Counted from the first letter of the stretch, positions 1 to 8,645 are shown. The stretch is 11,100 nucleotides of DNA from Candidatus Hydrogenedentota bacterium (GCA_034408725.1 JAWXCN010000224.1:1-11100); one strand, 5' to 3'. Numbers and translations are program-made. Notes: a model not told the origin generated them from the letters alone.

Positions 1-12
1 ATCCGATCTTCA

Positions 13-44
13 AAGTCCCCCTTTGAAGGGGGATTTAGGGGGAT
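13..44. repeat. GC-rich palindromic intergenic repeat (AAGTCCCCCTTTGAAGGGGGATTTAGGGGGAT)
   Basis: TCCCCCTT (16-23) pairs with AAGGGGGA (26-33), followed by a second AGGGGGAT. Resembles the CCCCCTT-N-AAGGGGG-ATTTAGGGGG short dispersed repeats I recall from cyanobacteria and other phyla. Lies ~50 nt downstream of the minus-strand gene ending at 96, so it may also act as a terminator. Confidence 0.6.
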
Positions 45-95
45 GTAAGGTCTGATTTCCAAACTTCATATCGAACGAATCTCAAACTCAGGACA

Positions 96-842
96 CTAGG
101 AAGCGTCCGCAATTCGGGAAGCTATTTCTTTGGGTATCGGCGGCATCTCATCCCAGGTACGGCCGTCGAGCACCCGGCCGGCCTGTTTCTTTCTAACGCC
201 GCCCCACTGCTTGAAAAAGAATGGCACTCCGGCCCGGATGCACTGGTTCCGTATATCGATTACCCATTCAGACTTCATCGGCCGAGCCCCCGGTCCGGAT
301 TCACCCCCAACGATAGCCCAATCAATATCATCAAGGGTGAGTTTTGGGAGTGCACTCAAGAGTGGTTCAAGCGATAAAAATTTGATGTGAGCCCCGGAGT
401 TGCGCAAATGATCTATGCGAAAAGTGTACTTCGCCTGTTCGACGCTCACACCCATCCAGATGTGCTCTTCCCAAGGCAGAATTTTCCCAAGTTCTTCCAG
501 CCGATCAGCACGTTTCGTAAGAATCTGATATTGGTGCCAGTTCGCCTCGCGCATGACGTCGAATACACGCAATATGAATTCGATGGATACATCCTTGTGA
601 AACAAGTCGCTCATCGAGTTGACAAAGATTGTTCGCGGCTTCTTCCACGTTAGGGGAAGAGAAAGCGCTGTCTCGTGCGGCGTTAGTTTAAAGCCATTGA
701 CATAATTTGGCTGGCCCATCGCTTGTAAGCGATTTGCCATGCGCTCAGCATAACAGTGCTTGCATCCTGGGCTGATCTTCGTGCAACCGGTAAGAGGATT
801 CCACGTAGCTCCCGTCCACTCGATAGCTGAATTCGTTGCCAT
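96..842 (-). CDS. DUF5131 family / phage Gp37-Gp68-like protein with three-Cys motif (radical SAM-like)
   Basis: 248 aa. Family-typical motifs: [28 protein letters not shown] (Cx6Cx2C), [48 protein letters not shown] upstream of the ATG. Confidence 0.92.
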   Translation of the reverse strand: MATNSAIEWTGATWNPLTGCTKISPGCKHCYAERMANRLQAMGQPNYVNGFKLTPHETALSLPLTWKKPRTIFVNSMSDLFHKDVSIEFILRVFDVMREANWHQYQILTKRADRLEELGKILPWEEHIWMGVSVEQAKYTFRIDHLRNSGAHIKFLSLEPLLSALPKLTLDDIDWAIVGGESGPGARPMKSEWVIDIRNQCIRAGVPFFFKQWGGVRKKQAGRVLDGRTWDEMPPIPKEIASRIADAS

Positions 843-887
843 CAGACTTCTCCAAGTCGGCGATACGTATCGAAACTCCCCTTATGC

Positions 888-1703
888 CTACCCCATCGCG
901 CTCATCATGATATGCGTCATATACCCCGATCCGGGCAGATTCTGGCCGCCGTCCGCGACGATGACCGTGCCCGTGACATACGTCGAGAGCGGACAGCACA
1001 GGTACGCGCACAAATTCCCGATATCCTCGACCGTCCCAAGCCGCTGTAATGGTATCGACTCGATCATTTTTTCCCGGCACCCTTCCGGCAGCAGCCGTTT
1101 CACACCTTCCGTGCCGTCGATCGGCCCCGGCGCGACGCTGTTGCAACGGATACCGTACTTGCCCCATTCGAGCGCGAGATTCTTCATCAAGTTGTCAATG
1201 CCCGCCTTTGCCGCGCCGACGTGGCACTGCATCGCGTAAGGTAGAAACGCCTGGCCCGCGGAAATAAAAATGACGCTGCCGCGGGTCTTCTGCAATTGCG
1301 GAAACGCCGCGCGACAGGAGTTGAACGAACCAATCAAATCGATGTCGATCACCGATTTGAACCCATTCGGACTCAACACTTCCGCTGGACACGGAAAATT
1401 GCCCGCAGCCCCGCACACGAGCACATCCATCGGGCCGAGCGCGTCTTCGCTCTGTTTCATCGACGCTTCCAGCGCGGCGAAATCCCGCACGTCCGCGGCA
1501 ACGCCGCAAACCTTCGCGCCCAACGCCTTCAACTCGCCCGCGGCAGTGTCCAGCTTCTCCTGCTTGCGTCCACACAGGCCGATGTTCGCGCCCAGCATTG
1601 CAAAAGTTTTTGCGATACCAAGGTTGATGCCGCTACCGCCGCCGGTGATGAAAGCGGTCTTGCCTTTGAACAGGTCCTTCGCGAATACGTCGGTGATTTT
1701 CAT
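888..1703 (-). CDS. SDR family oxidoreductase, 2,4-dienoyl-CoA reductase-like (DECR2/SPS19 type)
   Basis: 271 aa. TGGGSGI nucleotide-binding motif, GAAGNF, HVGAAKAG in place of YxxxK (typical of DECR-type SDRs), LALEWG..GIRCNSVAPGPI, YVTG..IVADGG. AAGGGG RBS. Confidence 0.9.
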   Translation of the reverse strand: MKITDVFAKDLFKGKTAFITGGGSGINLGIAKTFAMLGANIGLCGRKQEKLDTAAGELKALGAKVCGVAADVRDFAALEASMKQSEDALGPMDVLVCGAAGNFPCPAEVLSPNGFKSVIDIDLIGSFNSCRAAFPQLQKTRGSVIFISAGQAFLPYAMQCHVGAAKAGIDNLMKNLALEWGKYGIRCNSVAPGPIDGTEGVKRLLPEGCREKMIESIPLQRLGTVEDIGNLCAYLCCPLSTYVTGTVIVADGGQNLPGSGYMTHIMMSAMG

Positions 1704-1764
1704 CTTGTCGTCCCCTTACGCAAATGTGCTTTGCTCGATTGGATTGTACTGTGCTACAGATACT

Positions 1765-1797
1765 TCCCATAGGTCCCGTAGGTCCTATAGGTCCTAT
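1765..1797. repeat. 9-bp tandem repeat, ~3.7 copies
   Basis: TCCCATAGG / TCCCGTAGG / TCCTATAGG / TCCTAT at 1765, 1774, 1783, 1792. Confidence 0.85.
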
Positions 1798-1815
1798 TCG
1801 CTCCCCATACTCACG

Positions 1816-1843
1816 AAAAAAATGGCGGGTTAGAAAACCCGCC
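1816..1843 (-). terminator. Intrinsic terminator for the 1870..2712 gene (also REP-like)
   Basis: Minus strand reads GGCGGGTT-TTCT-AACCCGCC-A-TTTTTTT: 8-bp stem plus U-tract, 26 nt after the stop codon. Confidence 0.75.
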
Positions 1844-1869
1844 CTCCGAAAAAGCTTGCGACGGCACAA

Positions 1870-2712
1870 CTATTTGTTAGGGAAATACCGTCCGCGGATG
1901 GTGTGTGTGTTGCCGTCCAACACCGGCACAGTACGGTCCTTGGGCGTGCTGAATCCCGGCACGTCATTCCATTCAATCAGATGTTCGCCTACGAGCACGC
2001 CGGTGGCGGTCTCACCGCGCCGCATCCACGGGCCGCCGTCAATACGCCACCGGGCCTTTTTGCGCGCGCCCTTCGGTTGAATCTTGCACTTGATTGTGCC
2101 CGTGCCGTACTGCGCTTCGAGGGTGTGATTTTGATCCATGGTGAGGTACGCGATATGAAACGTCGAATGCACCTCGCCATTAAGAATCCAGCGCGCAAAC
2201 GGTTTTCCCTCATGCGAGACCGGCGCCCGCACGATGGCGTCATATGGCGTCTCATCATGAAACACGCGTTCGTATGGGGTCGTCAACGGATAGATGTCTT
2301 CGTTCAAAAACTCAATGTTCTCGTTCGGCGAGCTGGTCACCGTCAATGACACCGAGGGCGGTCCATACATAGCTTGGAAGGTCACCGGAGATGTCCCTGT
2401 CTCATACTCGACCACCAAGTCCGTTCCAAATAAAACGCCATTCTTTTGCCACTCGATAAATTCGCGCGTCTGCCATACCGCGGGTGCTTCCAGGTAAATA
2501 TCGATATGGTTATCAAAATTGTCCGTAAATGGAGTCGTAACGAGGCTCGGCGGGGAACCGTCAACTCCCATGAGAACTTGGACCCCTGAAATGGGGGACG
2601 ACTGTACGTTCAGAGGATCGTCCGCGTGTGCGACACTCAGGCCCCCAAATCCCAACCCGTAGAGTGCGAAACCAACATAAAAAACGCAAAGCCCAACACG
2701 GTGATGCATCAC
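1870..2712 (-). CDS. Putative secreted protein with two internal beta-rich repeats and a C-terminal PEGA-like domain
   Basis: 280 aa. Hydrophobic N-terminus ending AHA|DD (signal peptide). Repeats at aa ~34-117 and ~123-203 share LxVxSSP..TTP(F/Y)..AP..FxxWxxNG..AxYG. AGGAG RBS; true start may be the ATG at 2709. Confidence 0.8.
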   Translation of the reverse strand: MMHHRVGLCVFYVGFALYGLGFGGLSVAHADDPLNVQSSPISGVQVLMGVDGSPPSLVTTPFTDNFDNHIDIYLEAPAVWQTREFIEWQKNGVLFGTDLVVEYETGTSPVTFQAMYGPPSVSLTVTSSPNENIEFLNEDIYPLTTPYERVFHDETPYDAIVRAPVSHEGKPFARWILNGEVHSTFHIAYLTMDQNHTLEAQYGTGTIKCKIQPKGARKKARWRIDGGPWMRRGETATGVLVGEHLIEWNDVPGFSTPKDRTVPVLDGNTHTIRGRYFPNK

Positions 2713-2835
2713 ACTACTCCTGTTACAACCACATCGCCGCCGTCGCGAGGCAGTTTTTCCGGAGCGTTAACCGGATTGATTTGGATCAACGAATTACTAC
2801 GCTTCCCGGCGCCAAGGTGTCATTCGGGAACCCAG

Positions 2836-2865
2836 ATAATAGCATGACATTGTTCGTGGGGTAAA
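2836..2865 (-). promoter_or_regulatory. Putative sigma70 promoter for the secreted-protein gene
   Basis: Minus strand TTTACC-N18-TATTAT with extended -10 (TGcTATTAT). Confidence 0.4.
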
Positions 2866-2945
2866 GCGGGTAACATAGCACTGTCAATAAATTACCGCGC
2901 GTAACTCTTGTAAAATTACTGCCGAGTTGCGATAGAATCTGCCAC

Positions 2946-4484
2946 ATGCGCGCCGAAAGCAAAACGGGACACGACCTAATTCAAACCTTTGGCCTGATCG
3001 CCGGACCAGCCGCTTTTTTCATCACACTCTCGCTTCCCGCCGCTGACGGCCTGTCTGAACCCGCGCAACGCGTCGCGGCGGTTGCATTGTTGATGGGTAT
3101 CTGGTGGGTGACGGAGGCCGTCCCCATTGCCGCGGCATCCTTGCTGCCCCTCGCGCTGTTTCCCCTGCTTGGGGTATTGCCTGCGGTAGCGACGTCCGCC
3201 TGCTACGGCGATTCCACGATATTTCTCTTTGCCGGCGGCTTTTTCATCGCGATGGCAATGCAACAGTGGCGGCTCCATGAACGGCTGGCGCTGCATGTCA
3301 TCGGCATCACCGGCACGAACCCTTGCCGGCTCGTGCTGGGTTTCATGATTGCGTCGGCCAGTGTTTCCTTGTGGATATCGAATAGCGCAACCACGATGAT
3401 GATGATCCCAATAGCCCTGGCAGTCATCCAGGAATTTGAACGAGACGGAGAAGCGGCCTGGATCGGCGCGTTTGGTACATCGGTCATGCTTGGAATCGCG
3501 TACGCCTCGAGCATTGGCGGCGTTGGAACAATTGTAGGAACCGCGCCGAACGTCATTTTCGTGGGCCAATTCGCAAAACTGTTCCCGGATGCCCCACGCA
3601 TTACTTTCGGCCAGTGGATTCTTTTTGGCATACCTCTTGTCGTCGTGTTCATTCCTCTCGCCTGGTTCATATTGGTTCGAATCGTATACCGGCTCCCAAA
3701 TAACAGCGACAACGATTCGTTGGGCCTCCATATCATCCGGAAAAAGCTCGCCGATCTCGGCCCGATGGGCCGGGGCGAAAAGATTGTCGCGACAGTATTT
3801 GTGCTAACTGCGCTCGGCTGGGTGTTCCGTCAGGATATTCCCGTGGGCGGTTTTACAATACCCGGATGGACCGGCCTGATTCCCACGGCAAAAGGGGTTG
3901 AAGACGGCACGGTCGCCATCATCGGGGCCATGCTACTTTTCATGATTCCCGTGAATCTGCGCGAAGGCAAATTTGCACTCGAATGGGAATGGGCAAAACG
4001 CATTCCATGGGGCACGCTGCTCTTGTTCGGCGGCGGAATGGCGCTCGCGGAAGGGTTCAAAGTCACTGGTCTCGCCGAATGGGTAGGCGGGCATCTTGAC
4101 GGAATACGCGGGTTACATCCGTTAGTAATGGTTTTTCTGATTGCGGTGGGCGTCATCATTCTGACCGAATTCATGTCAAACACGGCGCTGACCATGCTAA
4201 TGGTGCCTTTACTCGCCGTAGCCGGTCCCAGCGTCCTACATGTCCACCCGTTATTTGTGCTTGTCCCCGCGGTGTTGAGTGCGTCGCTCGGGTTCATGAT
4301 GCCCGCGGGCACGCCGCCGAATGCGTTGGTATTTGGCACCGGCTACATCACCATCCCGCAGATGATGCGCGCTGGAATCGTACTGAACATTGTGGGCATT
4401 ATTTTGGTGACGATATTGGCCTATTTCGTTATCGTGCCGGTATTTGGAATTGACATCCACACAGTGCCAGATTGGGCCCGGTAG
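2946..4484 (+). CDS. DASS/SLC13 family sodium:dicarboxylate (or sulfate) symporter
   Basis: 512 aa, many hydrophobic segments. Motifs WWVTEAVP, SLWISNSATT, ASSIGGVGTIVGTAPN, LTEFMSNTA, FMMPAGTPPNALVF match SdcS/VcINDY-type transporters. Confidence 0.93.
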   Translation: MRAESKTGHDLIQTFGLIAGPAAFFITLSLPAADGLSEPAQRVAAVALLMGIWWVTEAVPIAAASLLPLALFPLLGVLPAVATSACYGDSTIFLFAGGFFIAMAMQQWRLHERLALHVIGITGTNPCRLVLGFMIASASVSLWISNSATTMMMIPIALAVIQEFERDGEAAWIGAFGTSVMLGIAYASSIGGVGTIVGTAPNVIFVGQFAKLFPDAPRITFGQWILFGIPLVVVFIPLAWFILVRIVYRLPNNSDNDSLGLHIIRKKLADLGPMGRGEKIVATVFVLTALGWVFRQDIPVGGFTIPGWTGLIPTAKGVEDGTVAIIGAMLLFMIPVNLREGKFALEWEWAKRIPWGTLLLFGGGMALAEGFKVTGLAEWVGGHLDGIRGLHPLVMVFLIAVGVIILTEFMSNTALTMLMVPLLAVAGPSVLHVHPLFVLVPAVLSASLGFMMPAGTPPNALVFGTGYITIPQMMRAGIVLNIVGIILVTILAYFVIVPVFGIDIHTVPDWAR

Positions 4485-4514
4485 CGGCCAAACGGGCGGC
4501 GGTTTGAAAAGTTC

Positions 4515-4543
4515 TTTACGAATGCGCGAAACCTGCCTATAAT
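4515..4543 (+). promoter_or_regulatory. sigma70-type promoter upstream of the PilB/GspE ATPase gene
   Basis: TTTACG (4515-4520), 17-nt spacer, perfect TATAAT (4538-4543). Confidence 0.65.
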
Positions 4544-4760
4544 CACCTTAGGCTGCAATTTCACAGTGTGTGTGCCGGCGGGGTACTGGCGCGTAAGATG
4601 ATTGGGGTTCGCGGTCGGGCGTTTCGTTTCCGGAGGGGTGGCAATTCATTTCTTCTTTTTCCACCAGCGTTGCGAGTGAAAGCCGATTGATCGAGTCAAG
4701 GCGGAGATCGAAGTGAGCTTTTGGCTTTCGTAGCTTATTTTGGGGAGGGGTTGAACGATT

Positions 4761-6758
4761 ATGGCGGAGAAGCAACGGCAAGCGCATCCCGGAGACGCGC
4801 TTGTCAAAAGTGACATCATCACGCGTGAAGAGTTAGATCACGCCAAGGCGCGAGAGACGCAATCCGGCGTGCCCTGGTACCGCTCGTTGCTGCAGGTTGG
4901 CAAAGTAACCCTGGACATGGTTGACCAGGGCTTGCGGACGGAGATTCATGTTCCCGGAATGAGCAGTGGCTCGAAACCCAAGGAGCAGGCTTCCTTGGGA
5001 GAGGCGCTGCTGAATATCAAGGCCATCACCAAGGAGCAGCTCGCGGACGCCCTTGCCGAACAAAAAAGCACGGGGCGGTTCCTAGGCGAGATTCTGATGG
5101 GTCGCGGACAGGTTACCGGCCGCACAATAAAGGTCGCTCTCGCCAAACAATCCGGTTTGGAATACAGCGAATTGGATGAAACCCCGAGTTATCAACACGC
5201 GCTGGATGCTGTCCCCGAAAGCGTTGCGCTGAAGTACCAGATGGTTCCCGTGCAACTCGAAGGGGACCGGCTCTCCTGCCTTATCAACAACCCGCAACTG
5301 CGAAACAGCATTGGCGATCTCGGGGTCATCCTGGGTAAACGCATTCATCCAATGGTGACGACGTGCGACGATATTAAGGCGGAAATAAAAGCACGCTACA
5401 AGGGGAAGTCGCAGATTGCGGCATCGCGCAAGGGCGCCGTACCGGAAGAACCAGCGCTCACGGTGAAAAAAGAAAAGGACCGCACCGACGGATCAAAAGC
5501 CAAGGGTAATATGGGCAATAACAAGCCCTCAGCCAAGGAGGAGAAAGCAGCCGTGGCGACAGTTCAGGAACCGAGGGAAAAGCGCAGGTTTGATGAAATA
5601 GCAAAAGAGGCGCAGGGCGCGCCCGTCATCAAACTGGTATCGACCATTATCGAAGGCGCGATTAATTCCGGCGCCACCGATGTGCACATGGACCCGCAGG
5701 AACCGGAGATGCGAGTGCGATACCGAATTGACGGCGTGCTGCACGACGTCATGAGCATTGCGCCCGAAATCGAGGCGGCAGTCATTTCCCGCATCAAGAT
5801 TATGTCGGACCTAGACATCACCGAAACGCGGCGCCCGCAAGATGGTCATATTCGTATCGAGTCAAAGGCCGGCGAGTATGACGTGCGCGTCGCCACTTTG
5901 CCGACGTACCTCGGCGAGCGCGTGGTACTAAGGCTGCTGGATCAGGCCAGCGTACTCGCCGGCATCAAGGACCTCGGACTCGAGTCCGAGGACGAGAAGA
6001 TTCTCACCCGCATGGTTGGACAACCCTATGGCATGATCCTCGTCACCGGACCGACGGGAAGCGGAAAAACGACAACCCTCTACGCCGCGCTAAACCAGAA
6101 AAACGTCCTGACCGACAGCATAGTCACCATTGAAGACCCCGTGGAATACCAGCTTTCCGGGATCAACCAGGTGCAAATAGACCCTGACATCGAAGTGACA
6201 TTCGCGTCCACGTTGCGCGCGTCTTTACGGCAGGACATCGATGTGCTGCTTGTCGGCGAAATCCGGGATGCTGATACCGCGCGCATCGCGATTCGGGCCG
6301 CCATGACGGGCCACCTGGTGTTCAGCACACTCCATACAAACGATGCGCCAGAGGCAATTTCTACCCTTCGTAACATGCAAGTCCCGTCGTATTTGATTGC
6401 CAGCGCGCTGACTACGATTGTCGCGCAACGTCTCATTCGTAAGATTTGTCCGGAATGTCGTGAAGCCTACGCCCCCCCCAAGCCCCTGCTAAAGTCGCTG
6501 CACCTCCCCGAGACGACTAAAAAATTGTATCGCGGAAAAGGCTGCGATTCCTGTTATCACACAGGCAACAAGGGCCGTACCGGCATCTTTGAAATTGTCG
6601 AGATTACCCCTGAAATTCGAAAAATGATTGCCGCGGACGCGCCTATCGAGTCCATCACGAAAACCGCCAAACTCAAAACTATGGCGGACCGGTGCCGGCA
6701 AAAAGTCAAGGATGGGGTGGTCACCGCGGAAGAATTCTTGCGCGTCATTCGGACGTAG
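4761..6758 (+). CDS. GspE/PilB family secretion/type IV pilus assembly ATPase with N-terminal MshEN-like repeats
   Basis: 665 aa. Walker A GPTGSGKTT, Asp box TIEDPVE, Walker B LLVGEIRD, His box TGHLVFSTLHTN, Zn-binding CPEC...CDSC, RYRIDG, RRPQDG. GGAGG RBS. Confidence 0.95.
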   Translation: MAEKQRQAHPGDALVKSDIITREELDHAKARETQSGVPWYRSLLQVGKVTLDMVDQGLRTEIHVPGMSSGSKPKEQASLGEALLNIKAITKEQLADALAEQKSTGRFLGEILMGRGQVTGRTIKVALAKQSGLEYSELDETPSYQHALDAVPESVALKYQMVPVQLEGDRLSCLINNPQLRNSIGDLGVILGKRIHPMVTTCDDIKAEIKARYKGKSQIAASRKGAVPEEPALTVKKEKDRTDGSKAKGNMGNNKPSAKEEKAAVATVQEPREKRRFDEIAKEAQGAPVIKLVSTIIEGAINSGATDVHMDPQEPEMRVRYRIDGVLHDVMSIAPEIEAAVISRIKIMSDLDITETRRPQDGHIRIESKAGEYDVRVATLPTYLGERVVLRLLDQASVLAGIKDLGLESEDEKILTRMVGQPYGMILVTGPTGSGKTTTLYAALNQKNVLTDSIVTIEDPVEYQLSGINQVQIDPDIEVTFASTLRASLRQDIDVLLVGEIRDADTARIAIRAAMTGHLVFSTLHTNDAPEAISTLRNMQVPSYLIASALTTIVAQRLIRKICPECREAYAPPKPLLKSLHLPETTKKLYRGKGCDSCYHTGNKGRTGIFEIVEITPEIRKMIAADAPIESITKTAKLKTMADRCRQKVKDGVVTAEEFLRVIRT

Positions 6759-6933
6759 CCCTGTATTTCATAGCGATATTCGCGTCAATATTTCCGACTC
6801 GATAGGTGTGTCTTCATTACTGAATGGTGGTGGCTATTTACGTCAAATTGCGCGCTGACAACCGTGGATCGCTTGCTTTTCCACGAACCCTCTGTTACAT
6901 TGCCGCGCGGGGAATCCACCTGGAACACAGGGT

Positions 6934-7481
6934 TGTGGATAAGGTGTGGATAAGTGGATGTGTCCGGTCTGAAGCAAACGTTATTCCCACCTTGGTTAAC
7001 CCGCGAAAATCCGTATCAATACGGCGCACCAAAAGGTTTTTATACTTTTAGGTGTTGGACCGTTAAACGGCATAAGTATCTGCAATCATTTTGTTTATGG
7101 GATAAATAGTTGGATACTTTATAGCTCAACAATAGGGTTGGTGAATTCCATTCTCTTTCGAGAATTGAATGAGGGATATTCAACCGGAGGTGTTATAAGT
7201 CTATTAAGTAGTGTGTGGATAAGTGATCTGGAAACGAAGTGTGAAGTAGATAGGGGATAAGTCTCAGAACCTGGTGGAAAAGCTGTTGGCTTATCCACTA
7301 AATAAGTCTCAATATGGCATCTGGGACGCCGAACAATCCGAACATCGGGGATGAGATGAAACACGGGAACAATCAACTCACAACTCATTCACCTATTTTT
7401 TCCAATCAGAGCATGGCTCCGAACCACATATCCACAGTTTCCATATCTCCTACTAAGACGGCTACTGTATCTATATATATT
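6934..7481. other. oriC: Candidate chromosomal replication origin (oriC)
   Basis: Perfect TGTGGATAA boxes at 6934-6942, 6945-6953, 7214-7222. Near matches at 6981-6989, 7252-7260, 7273-7281, 7291-7299, 7428-7436. Trio-like tract 7451-7465 and TATCTATATATATT at 7468-7481. AT-richer than flanking genes and directly upstream of dnaN. Confidence 0.85.
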
Positions 7482-7538
7482 GGTACCAAGTAAGACAGGC
7501 AATACATTCACCGATACCATCAGTGTGGAGACGACCGA

Positions 7539-8645
7539 ATGAAGATTCGTATTCCCAGGCAGGACTTGCTCGAAGCAGTCAACAAAGTAAAGACCGTTGT
7601 TTCACCGAAATCAGCCTTGCCGATCCTGTCGCATATTCTCATTGAAGCAGAGGACAACAGCCTCAAGCTCAGCGCGACCGATCTAAAAGTCAGTATTGAA
7701 TGCACAGTGGACTGTACGGTGACCGAGCCCGGATCACTTACCGTGTCGTCGCAACGTCTGTCCTCAATCCTTACGGAGCTGCCGGAAGGCGAAATTTCGC
7801 TTGACCTGGCCGGAAACAATGTAATCAACCTCCAATGTGGCAAGATTAAAACCAAGCTGTTCAGTATGAGCGCGGACGAGTTTCCGCCGGTCCGGACTTT
7901 CGAGGGGGTGGAACCGCTGGTCATGGACCAAAAAGTGCTCAAGAAAATGTTCCAGAAGACCAGTTTCGCGATTTGTTCGGACCAAGCCCGGTATAACCTC
8001 ACCGGATTGCTGTGCGAGCTGGCCGACGGAAAATTTACGGCGGTTGCGACGGATGGCCGTCGAATGAGCCTCTATTCAGAAAAAGAAGGCATTCCCAAGG
8101 GTGTAAACATCAAAGTAATCATTCCCGGCAAAATGATTACCGAGCTCGAACGCCTGCTCAGTGATTCCGGAGAGGTGCAGGTATTTCTCGATGAAAGCCA
8201 GGCAGCTTTCCAGTTTGATTCCTTACGCCTCGTAACCGCGCTTATCGAAGGGAACTTTCCAAATTACGACATGGTCATTCCAAAGAAACACGACAAGGAA
8301 GGCGTTATTCTTACATCGACCTTCATGGAAGCCATGCGCCGTACACGCACGATGACGAACGACAAATTCAACTCGGTCAGGGTAACGGTGAATGGCCCTT
8401 TGATGACGCTTAATGTTGTTACGCCTGAAGTGGGTGAATACGAAGAAGAGTTGGAGTGTGAATTTGATGGTGGAGCCATCGATATAGCCTTTAACCCTGA
8501 TTTTGTGATCGAAGTGTTGCGCCGCATCGAAACAGAAAAACTCAGTTTGGTGCTGAAGGATGGGTCAAGCCCCGGACTTCTAAAACCTTTCGAAGAAAAA
8601 TCTTCGCATCAATACCTTAACGTAATCATGCCGATCCGAATTTAG
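7539..8645 (+). CDS. dnaN: DNA polymerase III subunit beta (sliding clamp)
   Basis: 368 aa. PILSHIL, LSATDL, ADEFPP, RYNLTG, VATDGRRM, IIPGK, LIEGNFPNY, IAFNPDF, C-terminal VIMPIRI. GGAG RBS. Confidence 0.98.
   Translation: MKIRIPRQDLLEAVNKVKTVVSPKSALPILSHILIEAEDNSLKLSATDLKVSIECTVDCTVTEPGSLTVSSQRLSSILTELPEGEISLDLAGNNVINLQCGKIKTKLFSMSADEFPPVRTFEGVEPLVMDQKVLKKMFQKTSFAICSDQARYNLTGLLCELADGKFTAVATDGRRMSLYSEKEGIPKGVNIKVIIPGKMITELERLLSDSGEVQVFLDESQAAFQFDSLRLVTALIEGNFPNYDMVIPKKHDKEGVILTSTFMEAMRRTRTMTNDKFNSVRVTVNGPLMTLNVVTPEVGEYEEELECEFDGGAIDIAFNPDFVIEVLRRIETEKLSLVLKDGSSPGLLKPFEEKSSHQYLNVIMPIRI

Noticed and set aside
2720-2832. Several small hairpins in the leader of the secreted-protein gene (TTCCCG/CGGGAA, TCCGG/CCGGA)
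   Set aside because: Short stems expected by chance at this GC content; no match to a motif I recognise.
6824-7388. Short ORFs 6824..7051 (+) and 7119..7388 (-) as genes or a dnaA remnant
   Set aside because: No recognisable protein motifs or DnaA similarity; VDK/VDN-type residues simply reflect translated DnaA boxes.
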